The notes: a model not told the origin generated them from the sequence alone. A stretch of 64,000 nucleotides of DNA from Vicugna vicugna (GCA_013265495.1 MU058584.1:7530407-7594406), one strand, 5' to 3'; positions 50,105-64,000 are shown, counted from the first letter of the stretch. Program-made: numbers and translations.

Positions 50105-50901
50105 TCCAGGGCTCAGAGTACTTTCTAACCTGTTAGTCTTAATCTTTTTCAGCATCTTTATAGGTAGCTATTGCAGCAAAAGGCTGAAAAACAGAATCTT
50201 CAAATTTCCCTTTTTTGTTAAGCCTTAAACAAAAGAAAAATATAAATACATTTTCTTCTATTGTAGAAAAATTACTAAATTCTAAAATAATACATTTTAG
50301 ATTAAATCTTTAAATTTAGTAAAAGGCCTTTTTTATTAAAATATTACAATACAAGGCAAAAATGTATACATATATGTTTGTGTGTCTCCATATAGGTGTG
50401 AGGGAAACTTTAGGATTTCAAAATAACAATTTATTGGATCATAATGAGGTTACAAAGATTATAGTAAGTACGAGTGAAAATAGCTGTTAAGAGCACAGTA
50501 GAAATACTGAGAACAAATGAGTTAATCTCTGCAGAGCACATACTTCCTTTGAAAATTTTAAATGGTATGAAAATGCACAAGCTTGTCTTCCATTAACTGC
50601 CCAAGTGGTGACATTATCACATGTCATCACAGCCTCTGGCAAACTCCTCTGTACATTCACAATAGAATGAAAATGAAGAAAGACCTAATATTGTTATAAA
50701 AATTTGACTTTGAGAACCCCCTGAAAGGGGCGTGGGAATCCCAGAAGTCCCTGGACGATATTTTGAGAACTGTGGCAGTTGTAGGCAATGCATGATATAG
50801 TGACACCATGACATAAATGTAAGGTTTATTTGCATACTATTATGGGGTTACTTACTGCATAAATATGTCTATTAGGTGCTTCAAAACCAAGAGTTTTTAC
50901 A

Positions 50902-51732
50902 GTGAGTTATCACCTCACACCAGTCAGAATGGCCATCACTCAAAAGCCCACAAATGATAAATGTTGGAGAGGGTACGGAGAAAAGGGAACCTTCCTACAC
51001 TGTTGCTGGGAATGTAGTTTGGTGCAGCCATTATGGGAAACAGTATGGAGATTTCTCAAAAGACTAAAAATAGACTTACCATATGATCCAGTAATCCCAC
51101 TCTTGGGCATATATCCAGAGGGAACCTTAATTCAAAAAGATACATGCACCCCAGTGTTCATAGAAGCACTATTTACAATAGCCAAGACATGGGAACAACC
51201 TAAATGTCCAACAGATGACTGGATAAAGAAGCTGTGATATATGTATACAATGGAATACTACTCAGCCATAGAAAATTAATAAAATAATGCCATTTGCAGC
51301 AACATGGATGGACCTTGAGTTTGTCCTTCTAAGTGAAGTAAGTCAGAAAGAGAAAGAAAAATACCACATGGTATCATTCATATGTGGAATCTAAAAAAAG
51401 GACAAATGAACTGATTTACAAAACAGAAACAGACTCACAAACATAGAAAATAAACTTATGGTTACCAGGGGGAAGAGGATGGGAAGGGATAAATTGAGAG
51501 TTTGAGACTTGCAGATACTGACTAATATATATTATAAAATGTATAAACAACAAGTTCATACTGTATAGCACAGGGAATTATATTCAGTATCTTGTAATAA
51601 CATGGTGAGAAAGAATATGAAAACGAGTATATGTATGTTCATGTATGACTGAAGCATTGTGCTGTACACCAGAAATTGACACAACATTGTAAATTGACTA
51701 TTCTTCAATAAAAAATACATATATACAAAAAA
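50902..51732 (+). mobile_element. 5'-truncated L1 (ORF2 C-terminus, 3' UTR, A-rich tail)
   Basis: ORF 'YHLTPVRMA...[26 protein letters not shown]...[13 protein letters not shown]' is the L1 ORF2 Cys-rich domain; 3' UTR ends 'cttcaataaaaaa'; possible degenerate TSD aaaaccaagagtt / aaaacctaagagtt. Confidence 0.95.
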
Positions 51733-53049
51733 CCTAAGAGTTGTAAAGAACCAAGAACCCACTGATTGCCTGATTAGCGTTTTACATGTCCCCTATACAC
51801 TGTCTTAAAACAGAGGGTGAAAACAGAACACATCTGGAAAGTCAAACTCCTTTCAGGCCAAGCTAATAGAAAGCTTTATTTTAGCAATCAGACCATGCCA
51901 TTCAGTCCCGTCCTACCTACCCCCTAAAATAAAATCTGAAATAAATACAGAATTTTCAGAACTTTTTTTTTTCACTATCCTGTCTCCCATTGCTCTTTTA
52001 TCTGTGATGATGCTGATGAAGATGGGAGCCAGCAAGAGAAATCATCAAATAGCTTTGGGTTGCAAAGGAGGTGAGGATGTTGGAAATGTGTTGATTTCCA
52101 AGAAGCGTGTGTGGAAGTGCAGGCATGATTAAAAGAGGGTAGTTCTGTCACCAAGAGCATAGATGTTTCCCCACCTCTCTAGTTCTGTCCAAGAGGGAAA
52201 GGATCCAGGGCCTCAGTCTCCAATGAGAGAACCCCTTTGGTAATCTGGGGAAAAGATACTTAATAAACCCTTTTATCCTCCTTTCACCAGGATAGGTTTG
52301 AGAAGTGATGAAAGACAGGAAATAATTGAGCTACTGTTAAATGGGTTTCTAAATACTATATATATATAAAGAGTTATTTGGTCACTATCCTTCATCTTGT
52401 ATCAAAACAATCAGAAGTTTAAAGTAAGGAATTTTCTCCTAACGCACAGTTTTTCAAGCTTTCTGTGATAAAGAACTTAAAAAATTTTTTTTCAGTCTTT
52501 TGCAGACCGATACATAGTCCCACTGCACAATCAATATTCAACTTAAACTGCATGTGGCTCACCTCATGAGTTCCACAACACCCAAAATGATCTAAACCTC
52601 ATTCAGTAAGACTCATCCTCTGATCATGGCTTGGACGTCATGCAGTGTCAGACCACTATAAAAGCTTCCAGCTGCTGCTTCTCAGGTTCTGTACTTGAAA
52701 ATGTATTGCCAACCAGTAACAAGCAGTCTTCAGACTTCAATTACTGCCTTGATGTTAGCCATCACAAGTACAGGGTTGAATTTGCCAAACACACCTCCCT
52801 AGTAGAGGTTAATTACTCCTAGACAGTTATGGCCTGTCTTTTGTGTAGCTGTTGCTAGACGCACAGTGGAGCTAGTTACAGCAATGTGGGCTCAACAGGT
52901 AGAATCACTCAGAGTATCTGTCATTTACATCTCAGATCCATGCCCACAACCCAGATAGCCCGGATACTGATTCTGGCTTTTCTTGTAAAACATGAAATGA
53001 TGTTGAACTATTGGATAGATCAAATGCATGGCAATTAATTCATCTCTGT

Positions 53050-53312
53050 TTTTGAAGTTTTTTATTGAAGTAGAGTTGATGGACAATATTATACGTTACA
53101 GGTGTACAGTATAGTGATTCACGGGGTTTGAAGGTCATGCTCCATCTATAGTTATTATAGAGTACTGGCTGTATTTTCCATGTTGTGTGATATATCCTTG
53201 TAGCTTAGCTTATGCATAACAGTTTGTACCTCTTAGTCCCCTCCCCCACGATGCCCCTCCCCGCTTCCTTCTCCCCACTGGTAACCACTAATTTGTTCTC
53301 GTATGTCTTCTT
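53050..53312 (-). mobile_element. L1 3' UTR fragment
   Basis: 'tttttattgaagtagagttgat...caggtgtacagtatagtgattca...ccactggtaaccactaatttgttctc'. Confidence 0.85.
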
Positions 53313-56300
53313 CTTGTATCTGAATTGTTAATATGGAGAAAGCTGCCTGAGAAAGACGCACTCATTGATATTTCAACTCTCCTGTTCTTTTTTAAACCAC
53401 TTTGCCCTGCTGATTTCTTTTGCAACAGACCTTTTTTTCCTTTTTTTCTTCTGCATGACTTGACTGGTGTAAGACTCTGAAAGCAAATATTGGTTACAGC
53501 CCTGGGAAATCCAGATTGTGCACTCAAGCCAGAGGCCCGAGAAGGGAGACTGTCAGCTGCTGTTAGTCCTTCAGAGCCCCTGGCTCCCATGAGAACGCCT
53601 GTAGTATATAGTTCCTGAAAAATCACATATTGTTCTAAGATCATTCTCATTTTCCGACAAGACTTCTTCCCAATGGGTATTTCCCTACTGAACCATTTTA
53701 TGTTTAACCTGATGTTTTATGATTAACCATTTATGTTTAAGAAAGGCATGGAAATTGTCTTACGGAGTTGAAGGGTTCACGTCCTGTATTGTCTTTCCAG
53801 AGGGTCACATTAGTAATGGAATTAGAAACAAGCGCTCCAGAAAAGATACAAGCTTATCATCAGAACCGCTCATCAAGCAGTTGCTCTTTTTAATGTTTTT
53901 ATGTATTACATATGTATACTTTTATTGTAGCTTTCACAAAATAGAATGGGCACCTTACGAGTTAGCAAGCCTCCCCCATCTCTGGAGCACTTTGAGCAGA
54001 AGCTAGATGAAAACTTACTGGTTGGGTGATCATAATGTATCATCACTTTTGGGAGTAAAAGAGGGCACTATCAATAATTATGCTGGAATAATACCTAGCG
54101 ATAGACCGAGATGGTCAAAACAGGATGAGTAACAAACTTACCAGTTGATGATGACATAGAGGAGCGTCCTGTCTTATGGGGGACTTTGGCATCGGTGACC
54201 TGTATAGTACATCCCAACTTGGCTACATAAAACCTGTTTTATGTACAGTTATTTCCCTCGAATTTTTTGTGAATCCTTATTTTGTTAATATTCCCTAGAT
54301 AGTGTGGACTCTGAGGTACATTATTAAGCATTAGAGTTTAAATTATGTTTGGCAAGATTTTTGTGTAAATCGTGTTGTAATTCGATTTAAATCTTGTAAT
54401 GCAGAAATTACATACACACATACACACAGAGTCTAATTTAAATATAAATTAATTGCTTAGTATAATAGCTCATTCCCCAACTGTCCTTGATGAGCGAGAG
54501 TTCACGTTAATGATAATTTTCCAGTCACCAATGTGATATTTACTATTGCTATCTTCGACTTGTCTCTGGGTTTCTTCTTATGAATTGGAGGATCAGAGTG
54601 TTTCCAGAATCAGAACTGGAGACTCTCACTTTCATATTAGGTAAACTGATGTAAATTGTAATAAAAGTTGTGAGAACTAAATGTTAGACAAAGCCTGGTT
54701 TCTTTGAGAGGAAATCATGCCTAACTATTCTGTCAGCTCCGTGGGAGGTTAAATCTATGGCAATAAAGAATAATCAGTGGATAACTACATATTTAAGTTT
54801 TCAAATAGGCATTAGCAAAGTTTTACTGTAAAATTTATGAAATTGAGTTTTTAAAAAAAAATAAGACTAAGAAACTCTCTTCAAGAAAGTAGGTTGATGG
54901 TGAAAATCAGCCAGTTTATAAGCATTTTATTGAATACACAACTTGCTGGGGTCTGTGGTAAGGGCTAGTGGAAACAAAAATGGTTCTTGTTCTCTGAATT
55001 CATGACTTTCATAGTATATTGGGAAGAAGTGGGTATTTTTGTCGAGGGTATAGTATAATAAATGAGATTTCGTGGTATCCAGATTTCCTAGATTCCCAGT
55101 GCACAAAGCAGTCTTAACATCTGTGTAAACAATCTGAAATACATTGCAAAAGACTCAAATTTTGTAGCTCTGTGTCCCTTGGGCAGTGAAAAGACAATCT
55201 TTAGAAGACCTCACAGGGCTTTATTAGTGAACAGGAAAATGGCAGACTAATTGCAATGTGGGAAAACAGGAGGTGTCATGTATTTAGAGGAAAATGATTC
55301 AAACCTTGTTTAAGAGTCTTGGAATCTGGTTAAGCACAGTAAGTGAGAAGAACCTAAGGGTCTCTGTGGATTAGCCCTGAAAGTGCCTAGCAACATGTTG
55401 ATGTGGTCAGGTGGGCATCATCAAGAATTGAAAAAGTCTTGCTTTTATGCAGAATCATGGTGTTTTATAACCTATAATAGTCAATTGCAAGAAAAAGGTC
55501 TAATATGAAAAGATAAGATCCTGTAGGTGAAAATTAAAATAATTGATGGGGTAGGAGAATTACCTTTTGTATTATAGTGAAATGATTAGGATGGCTTCAT
55601 TCTGTAAAAATGAAAGGTGTTTAAAAGTGTCAATGTCATTAGATTATTTTACTGTGATTTTTCTCCCATGAAATTTTAAACTGCTGGAACGAGGAGGGAT
55701 CTTTGGATAAAAATATAGGCTGCACTGAAGTTCCGTCAATTATAGACCTTAATAGATTACATTAGCCCCACGAGATAATCCAGATACTTCTCAAGCAATT
55801 CACATAAAATTATTGCTGCATCAGAACTTAGCCTGTTCCTGAGGGAAAGCATCTTTGAGCTCAGAGACTGATTGCAAGGAAGACCTCTTTGCCTTTTCTG
55901 ATGTGTTTCCTGCTTTCTCTCTCACGTATCGAATACTGTCATGGTAGATCCTAGATCTGACCCAGAGTCATACTTTTCTTGTACTTTGTTCAAAGTACAG
56001 TAAACTTAAAATGGCAAAGTGTTTATAAGAAGTACTCTACAATCTATTTTCCTTTGATGCCTAAATGGCTCTTTTCCTTGCCCGGGGTCAATATTTCCTA
56101 AATTTTTGTCACAATTCATAATTTATAGCCACTTTGCAGGAGTGTGGGTTACCATTACTATTTCATAATAAGTAACGCAGACAGTTGACTTCAGCAAAAT
56201 GTTCTCTCCTCATTCTCTGACGTGCTCTGGAGGAGAAGGCAAGTTTCTGTGATTCATTAGCCCTTTTCTTCATAAACACCCCTGCTTTATCCTGCCTTCA

Positions 56301-56999
56301 GTTAAAAATCAGGAGCATCAGCATGTGACTGATTGCATAAGCATGCAGACTCAGCCTGTGTTACCCTGTGCAATTGACTTCACTCCCTTTCGCATCCTGC
56401 CACGTTTCCCGCGTGAACCCCAGCAGCCCACAGTGATTGATTTAATCTGGGGGTTAAAATGTTCTTCCCCTGGTAGTTTCTATTATCACTGTGACTTTTC
56501 CTGGGCTAGGAAGTCAGTGTCCCCATGCATAACCTGAGGAGGTAGGCCAGTTTTCTTGTTGCTGAAGTTTGCCTTGTTTATTTTCACTAGCAATCTGGTT
56601 TCATAAACATAATCCTGCCAGACTGTATGTCATTTTCTCCTTTCAGGGTAGGAAGTAAGTGAGTTTGCAGGTTGAGAAAAGAATGAGTCTTCATCACCTT
56701 TGAAGGTGCAATTCACTTATGAGGAAGCTTGAAAATAATAATTTTATATTAGATTGAAAACTAATGTGGAGCATTGTAATTCCTTTTAATACATTGATTA
56801 TTCTAGTAAATGTTTATTTATTTGAAATGCACAAGCTTAAAAAATATTTAATTGAGGAACTTTGGATAGTAGGCTAGTATAATACCCAGTCCAAGGGCTG
56901 TCAGGTCTCTGCCTGGGCACAGTATAGTGTGTGGCTGTTTGCACCCAGATAATTTCCACACCAGCACAAAACAACTAGCAAACTCACGACCTTCCATTT

Positions 57000-58070
57000 A
57001 CATTACTGTTGTCAAATCAATCTTGATCTTCCGTGAGGTCCTGGATGCTTCAGTCTCCAGTGTCACCATGTGAAAAGGTTGAGTGCCTTCATCCCACCTC
57101 TGTGCTGCAGATCCTAAACCCACAGCTGCCACTCTGCTCTTTCCCCTAGACTTCAGTTCTGTGTCTGGTCTCCTACCTGTCAGCCCCAGCTGAGAGCTGA
57201 ACTCCTTCATCTCCCCACGCAGACACTCTCCTGCAGTCTCCCAGTTGCTCATGCCAGGAACTTCAGAGTCACCTTTGATTCTTCACTTTCCACAACCAAT
57301 TCAACCAATTCCTCAGAAAAATGCGAGAGCCCTTCCTTGGAGACACGTGTGTCCTGACCTCTTCATACTGCCTCTGCCTCCCCAGCCCTGTCACCTGCGG
57401 CCTGGACGTCGCAGCAGCCAGCTCCTAGGCTTCTCTCTGCTCTCCCTACACTGCAGTCAGTGTGCTCTTCACACAGCAACCAGAGACAGTTCAGAAGAAG
57501 TAAATACGATCCTACCCACACCACGGCTTTAATCCTTTCAGTGTCTTTCTATTACGCTCAAGAAAAAATCCAAACTTACTATCATGAGGCCTTCTGTGAT
57601 CTGGCTTCTGGCTATTCTCTGAACTCATTTCTGGCTCCTCTCCACCATTTACCCTGCTCCATGATCTTGGCCTCCTTATCATTTCTTGCATCTGTTGAGC
57701 TCATTCCAGTCTGGGGGCCTTTGCACTGTCTTGAATGTTCTTCCCCCAGAACATTCTCATGAGTCATGCCCCCCACCCCCTTCAATTCATGTCTCTCTTC
57801 AAATCTCACCACCTCATTTCCTGACTATCCTCTCTAAAGACACTTTTCCATCATTTTACTCCGTTGTCCTGCTCTGTTTTGGTCATAGCATATTACTTTT
57901 TGTTGATATTTTTGTTCATTTTTATTTGTTTTCTGTGTTCCCCTGGAGTATAAGTTCTGTGAAAGCCAGAATTTAATCTCATTTGTTCACTGCTTTATCC
58001 TCAGAGCCTAGAACAGTGCTTGGGATGTAGTATTTAAGAATGAATACGTGAGTGAGTGGATGAATGACTA
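57000..58070 (+). mobile_element. L2 (L2a-like) LINE 3' portion
   Basis: Ends 'ttgttcactgctttatcctcagagcctagaacagtgct...gaatgaata...gatgaatga', the typical L2 tail. Confidence 0.8.
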
Positions 58071-59767
58071 AGTGGATTTTAATGTTGCTTATCATCCCCC
58101 TTGTGTTTACTGCTTGCTGCTTTTTCTCCCTCAGTCTTAAGCGTCAGTCAACATGTATTTAATGGTAACTGCATGTTCTGTGAGGATCTTTAAAAAATGG
58201 TAGTGAATAATTATATAGAACTTTATACTTTACAATTCATTTTAACACCTATTACTTTACTTTGTTAAACATTTAGGAATCCATCCAAAAGAGATTGCAG
58301 GTTACTATTAGGAGGGAACGAGAAAAACATTCATGAGAATCTTATAAGGAGAGACACTAAGACTCAAAATTATGAAAACTAATGGTATCCAGGTGTTACA
58401 CGTACACACACATGCACACACACTCATGCAGGGAGGGATGAAAGGAGTATCAAGCCAAGCTTTATTCATTAAGTTCTCCAGGAATTCTGTTGTGAATGTG
58501 GTAAAAGGACTAAACTGAAGTAGAATTCCTTGGACGAAGCCTGGAATAGGGGAAGTTTTGGTCAAAGATAGAAAATTGTGTTCAGGGAACAGCAAGTTTT
58601 GCTTTGATGGGAAGAGACTATAACCGGCAGTTTTGAAAACTGGATATGGTAAGGTTTTCTCTGTGTGTGTGTGATGATGAGAGAGAGTTTGTTAGCAGAA
58701 TCCAATTATGGGAAGTTTTGAAGCTGGTCTGAAAAAGTTTTGAAGCTAGGGAACAAGGAGCTCCTCCAGATTTTCAGAAAGGAGCTGACAGTAGGATGGA
58801 GAAGGATCTATTTCTAATGAACCACAGTATGGTCTGAAAAGAGGTGAGGTGAGAGACCTGGAAAGGAGCCTTGGATGTCATTGGAATATTCCAAGAGATG
58901 GTGAAATGACAGAGTTCCAGATGAACCGTCCACTTGGAATTGATTTCTTTTCTCCATGGTCCACAAATGAGTCATCACAATGGCAATATCCAGAGGAGAG
59001 TCACTAGGAAAATGGTACCCCCAATAAAGATTACATAACCCGTGAGCCAGCATCTCTGTTTTACTCAGTGTGAGCATGCTTAACATGTGACCATGTTTTC
59101 TCGCTGAGTTAGAAGGCAGCGCCTTCCCTGGGTCAGCTCTTTACCTCCACGAAGTGTTAGAGCTCAAAGTGTTGATGCCTGTTGTTTAGCACTGCTTGTT
59201 TGTAAATAGCTGTTGCCCTTAATATAAACTACTCATTACTCATTTTTAAAGTATGTTAACAAACTTGATCTTAGCACTTTCTTTATGAATCAAGCTGGTT
59301 TGAAGACCCAACTCCATAATTTACAGTTCTGTTCTCAAATGTTAGCTTTTTTGTTAGGCAGTATTGTACTTGTTTCTTCCTCAGTGATACTTTGAAAAAT
59401 CTAATGTACTTTTTTCAATCATCCCATTTCTTTGCTCTTAAATTTTAGAATTATGTAAAGTGGGGATTGAAAGCGACTAAGAGATGTCATTTGTCACCTC
59501 TAGGCAAGACCATGTCTAAAAGATGTTAACAATATATTGAAAATCTATTATGCTTGCTTCTATGACCATTTATCCCAGTGTCATTACCAAGCTCAGGGCA
59601 GAGCTATGCAGGAGCTGGAGTTTGTGATGGATCTTATCCTTTGCTCACCTTCACTGCTCATTCTATCCACCTCCTTCTTTAGTCTTCCTTTCTCAGTTAG
59701 CTATATCATTTGGACATTGCCTTGTGAGCTAGTAGCTTTCTCCAGGAATATTTGCATTTTAATGGTA

Positions 59768-59975
59768 ATTAGTGCCAGGCACCATGCTAAATGCTTTGCA
59801 TATGTTATTTCCGAGCCTTAAAAACTCCCTTAGATAGTACTATCCTCAGTTATCAACAAGGAAATCCAGATTCTGAGAACTTGAATAATTCGGTCCAATG
59901 TTACAAAACTAACACATGATTATCAAGGTCCAGAGTTTGATTTCTCTGATTCCAAAGTCTGTGCTCTTTCTGTCA
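59768..59975 (-). mobile_element. MIR SINE
   Basis: 'gtgccaggcaccatgctaaatgctttgcatatgttattt...tctgattccaaagtctgtgctctttc'. Confidence 0.75.
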
Positions 59976-62900
59976 CATCATGCAATGATTCTTGTAGAAA
60001 CCTGAAGCTCTCAAGACTCAAAAGAATGAAACTCAGAAATATAACTGGTTGGTGAACATTTTGATAAGGGTTAAGGATATTCTGGGCAGGATATAACTGT
60101 TCACCTACTGCACATATTTAAAAGTCTCTTTGACTTTATTTCTATCAAGAAGCATGTTTTGTTAGACCACTGGGATGCTAAGCTTAAGTCTTCTTGGAGA
60201 TAGTCTCAGATTCCATATTTGCAGATACAGTCCATCATTCTTGCCTGGTAACCTTCAGCCAGTAGAAACCCACAGGTGTCCCTCATATGGCAGGAGAAGA
60301 AGAGGACAGTCCTCCAGCCCAGGCCCCTGGACAGGTTACAGGGCTGCCTCAGGCTTTGGGTTTCACCTTTAGGTCAGGCCTGTTTTTATGCCCACACAGC
60401 TCCAGCCACGCAGCATCAGCCTGCACCTGTTTACTCCAAGCTTCTTCCTCCCCAGGTACCGGCCACCTTATGTCCTTGCTAGCAACTGAGGGAGACCTGA
60501 TTATCAGGGGTTTGTTTGAATTACTGGAAAATTCTTCCTCACATCTCTGTGCCACAGTTTCTCTGTCCTTCCGTCAGTGGCAGTGGCTAAATGCAAGGGG
60601 CCTCGTAGTGCTGCAGACAGTGCTAGTTTCACCTTGAAAACATCTTCCCGAGGCTTTTAACCTCACCTTGTCTCCTCTTGGTCACCCCGGAGGCTCTCTC
60701 CAGCTCCCTCATGGATGGACTCCGTCACTTTAGTTGGATTCCGGAACTGGGCAGAGTAGTTGGCGGAACTTGACCAATGAAGAGCACAAGGCAGCAATTA
60801 CTTATGCTCTTTGTTTGTGACAGATTCTCCATTGCTACTTCCTGAAGCCATTTTAGTTATTCCTTCCTATTCTTCTAGGAAACCAACTTAATCTTGATTT
60901 TATTGAGATTGGGGGGGGCATTTTCTAAGTTTAGCGAGGAAAGAGGTAAATTTCACCAGGAGAGGGCTGTGTTTTCTCCTTCCTCAGCTAAAAAAGAGAT
61001 TTGGGGTTGCCTTTGTGTCTTCATTGTGGTTAAAAATTGGTTTTGCAATAGGTTTTGTTCTGTTGTATGCAATTTTCTCTTTTATATCTCCCCCCACCCC
61101 TTAAAATTAAATCCAGTAAAATGTGAAAGAAAGAGAAGTGAAATAATCTCCACAGCTGCTGAGTTTTCCTGGAAGGCAAAGACATCTCAATTTTAAAATT
61201 AGTCTTAAAACATGAAATCATTGTTCTTTCAAACAGCTGTCTGGTCAAAAACGCCTTTGTAGTGTACATTTTTAAAGAACAATTTTTAAAAAACCACTAG
61301 GCACTTTGTAAAGATTTCCTTTATCTGGGTTATGAATTATTTTCAGTCTTTGGAGTGATTGTTAAAATGATGAAACTTACTGGAATAAAACAGATGTCTG
61401 TTTTTAAGTTGTGTTGTTCAGGGGGAAGAGTGAAATGCCACTGGGATATTGGGACTGACTCTTGCCTTGACAGTGAAGTCTAAATAAATGACTGACCGTG
61501 TCTTAGCATTCCATTCACCATCGATTTTTGTACATACAGCCAGAATATAAGCTTAATAAGAAAAGGTACCTGGTCTGTCTTAATCATGACCTGGCACACA
61601 GCTTCTTAACAAACGTTTATTAAACACATCAATCAATCAGTCAGTACCATTAGAACCATGATACAGAATGATGTGTCCAGATACATAATTCATCCATCCT
61701 TCTGTTATTTTTTATAGAGACACCTGGCATGGAAGTCTTCCTCAACAGAACCTTTGAAGTTAAAGACGTATCTTACAATCTCACCTGTTTTTATTAGCCC
61801 ATTACCGATCTTTCATCCAAGATTTTATGTAGATCAGCTGTGACATAGTTTATATTTCTACCACCTCTTGGAGTAATAAATCCACAAACAGAAGCTGTAG
61901 TTCCACTCAAATGATAAATAAGTAAGGCATTAGGGGAGCACAGAGAAGATAATTTATGCAGTTAATGCTACCTGGGGAAGATTCAGAGGAAGGGATATTT
62001 GAGCTGAGGTTGTAAAGATGAGCAGAAGGTCGCCAGGTGGTCAAGGAGGGCGGAGGCAGCATTGCGTGAGAAGGCCTGAAGGATGAAAGAGCATGTCATG
62101 GGACCCCTGGTCATAGGCCCACCACCACCGCCATCATCATCACCTTCTGCATAAATATTATTCCTCCACACAAGGCATAGGTTGCCATTGAAGTACTTGA
62201 TTTCTTTCCAGTCTGATTTATTTTCTTTTGAAGAGTCAATTATATCCTTTATGATATTAACTGTAAGTGCACCTAAAATGGCTTCCCCAAACAAGTCACT
62301 GAATAGCCAAGCTTCCTGCAGATCAGGTTTTTACAAACATTTTGCAGCAAGGAGACTGATGAGCGTGTTTACAGATTTGGGGCCTTAAACAATTTTGTGC
62401 ATCTGGTTGTATGCTGCTCACCCCAATCCAGGTATCACTTAGGGGAACCAGGGAGGTGCTGCAGAGCCAGGATGGAGGTGGTGCTGGTTACCTGACTGGG
62501 GCCTTATTCACAAAGCAGACCAAGCTTCTCTGGTGCACCCGGGACATCTTTTTGTAGCCTCAGACAGAACAGTGGCCTGAAGACCTGTCTTTCCATGTGA
62601 TAAAGACTGATACAAAACTTTCAAAAATGAGTTCAGGAACTGACTTCGATATGACTTGACATGATTGAAATAATAATAATAATATTAACAGTTAATAATT
62701 CTAAAATAATTAGAAAGACTCATTTTATGGGGCAGCCATTATGTAAAACCATTGATACCATGACCATGCCAGTCCCTTTCATCCTGCTAAAATTTTCCGC
62801 TACCGTCTTCTCTTTAATGGTGTTTCAATCCGATAAACTTCCACAAATATCCTCAGCCCCATCCTGGGCTGTGAGAATTCTCATCAAACTCTCTGTAGGT

Positions 62901-64000
62901 GTTTAGGGGCAAACATGAATGTCTAACTCCATACTGTTGCACACTGTGGTTTTCTGGCTTCTTGATACTACTGTGCCTTGTGGGATTTGACGTCAATTCT
63001 CCGTGTTGATGGTTACTCATAAAACTTATTTTGCAGAATTTCTACAATGTCTTTTTAAATTTATGTAGTGATAATTATTATTGGTCATTAACTCAAATGA
63101 GAGATCCCACATGAGGTGATTCTCAAATAACCCATGCTGAAGGGAGAGAGGCCAGCCTGGTGCGGACTGGGCAGCTGTTTCTTCCCAGCTCCTGATGAGG
63201 CATCGCGCTGGGGGACCGATGGCCGCTCTATATTTATCCCTCAGTTTTCGAAATGCTGAGCTTAAGCAGATCATTACTCTAACCTCTTCTGACCTAATAA
63301 ATGAGACAGACTGAGAACAATTGTGGTTCCCTCTCCGCTTCCTTTGCCAGTTGCCTTTTATTCCCTTCTGAAGTCTTTCATTGCTTTTGGCTAAATGAAG
63401 TTTGGGTTGCAACAGCAACTTTTTTTAATGATATTATGATATTGGCTAATTTGCCTGCTATTGGTTATGCCCAAGTAGACACATGACCTGTGGCTGTTTG
63501 GCTTGTCGTCCTATGGGAAAATACTTAACGAGGCTAATAAGCTGTATTAAAATAAAATAAACAAATTCACATGGAACCCAGCATCACAGCCACATGTAAT
63601 ATGGTTATTATTTATCATCCTGAGACACTAGTCCCACATCTCCAACTGCCTTCTTTTTACTCAGAAGGTCTCTGAAACCAAAACCATCACTCTCTCTTCA
63701 AAGCCACCCCTCACTGTTAGAGTTTTAGGGGGCCAATAAATCCTACCCTTTTCTCCCTGTCTCCAGTTAAAATTTGTTGTTGCTGCTGTTTTTAGAAGCA
63801 CAGGAAATAAACAGATAAGACATGAAACAAATGAATCTTGTTTTGTGGCCAAATGTCTTGCTAATATTTGGGCCCCAAGTAATCACAGACACAGCTGAGC
63901 AACAGCAGGGCTCTCCCAGCGGGCAGAGCTCACCAGAGCATCTTGGAATGAGAGAGAAATGCATGTGTCTTGCGGGCAGAAGCTTGCTCAATTTCTCTTT

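Larger units (their letters stand above)
47749..50775 (-). mobile_element. Near full-length fossil Charlie1-type hAT DNA transposon (decayed transposase on the minus strand)
   Basis: Ends 'cagtagctctcaaa' (47749) and 'ttttgagaactgtgg' (~50775) are degenerate inverted repeats; the left flank atctatac resembles the NTCTAGAN target. Minus-strand remnants 'CVNIFCTDGARARMG' and 'FNDRVTCPIKDLAANVKHE' resemble Buster/ZBED5-family transposase motifs (CTDGA; SNDTVxRRIxD). Confidence 0.88.
35351..64000 (+). other. DNM3: 5' part of the long DNM3 intron downstream of the PH-domain exon
   Basis: Begins with a GTAAGA donor; the expected next exon (R-NVYKD...) was not found within the window. Confidence 0.85.

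Overview
This is mammalian genomic DNA, very probably camelid (alpaca/camel): it carries two tRNA-derived SINEs I recognise as Vic-1-type and artiodactyl-type L1 3' ends. The window lies inside the dynamin-3 gene (DNM3, + strand). Its only supportable coding sequence is one 110-nt PH-domain exon (35241-35350, [37 protein letters not shown]), flanked by very long introns. The rest is AT-rich, CpG-depleted intron with L1, L2, MIR, MaLR, Tigger and hAT fossils and microsatellites; nearly all listed ORFs are spurious or transposon-derived. The most unusual structures are: (1) a perfectly identical 299-bp non-tandem duplication (48046-48344 / 49806-50104) inside an otherwise decayed, near full-length Charlie1-type hAT transposon; (2) an L1 insertion whose normal 3' UTR is replaced by a different ~300-bp polyadenylated tail; (3) a twin-priming inverted L1; (4) a 26-bp direct repeat bracketing a 69-bp segment; (5) a speculative frame-preserving 12-nt microexon. 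I found no new multi-gene system. Repeat family names come from memory of consensus sequences and repeat boundaries are approximate.
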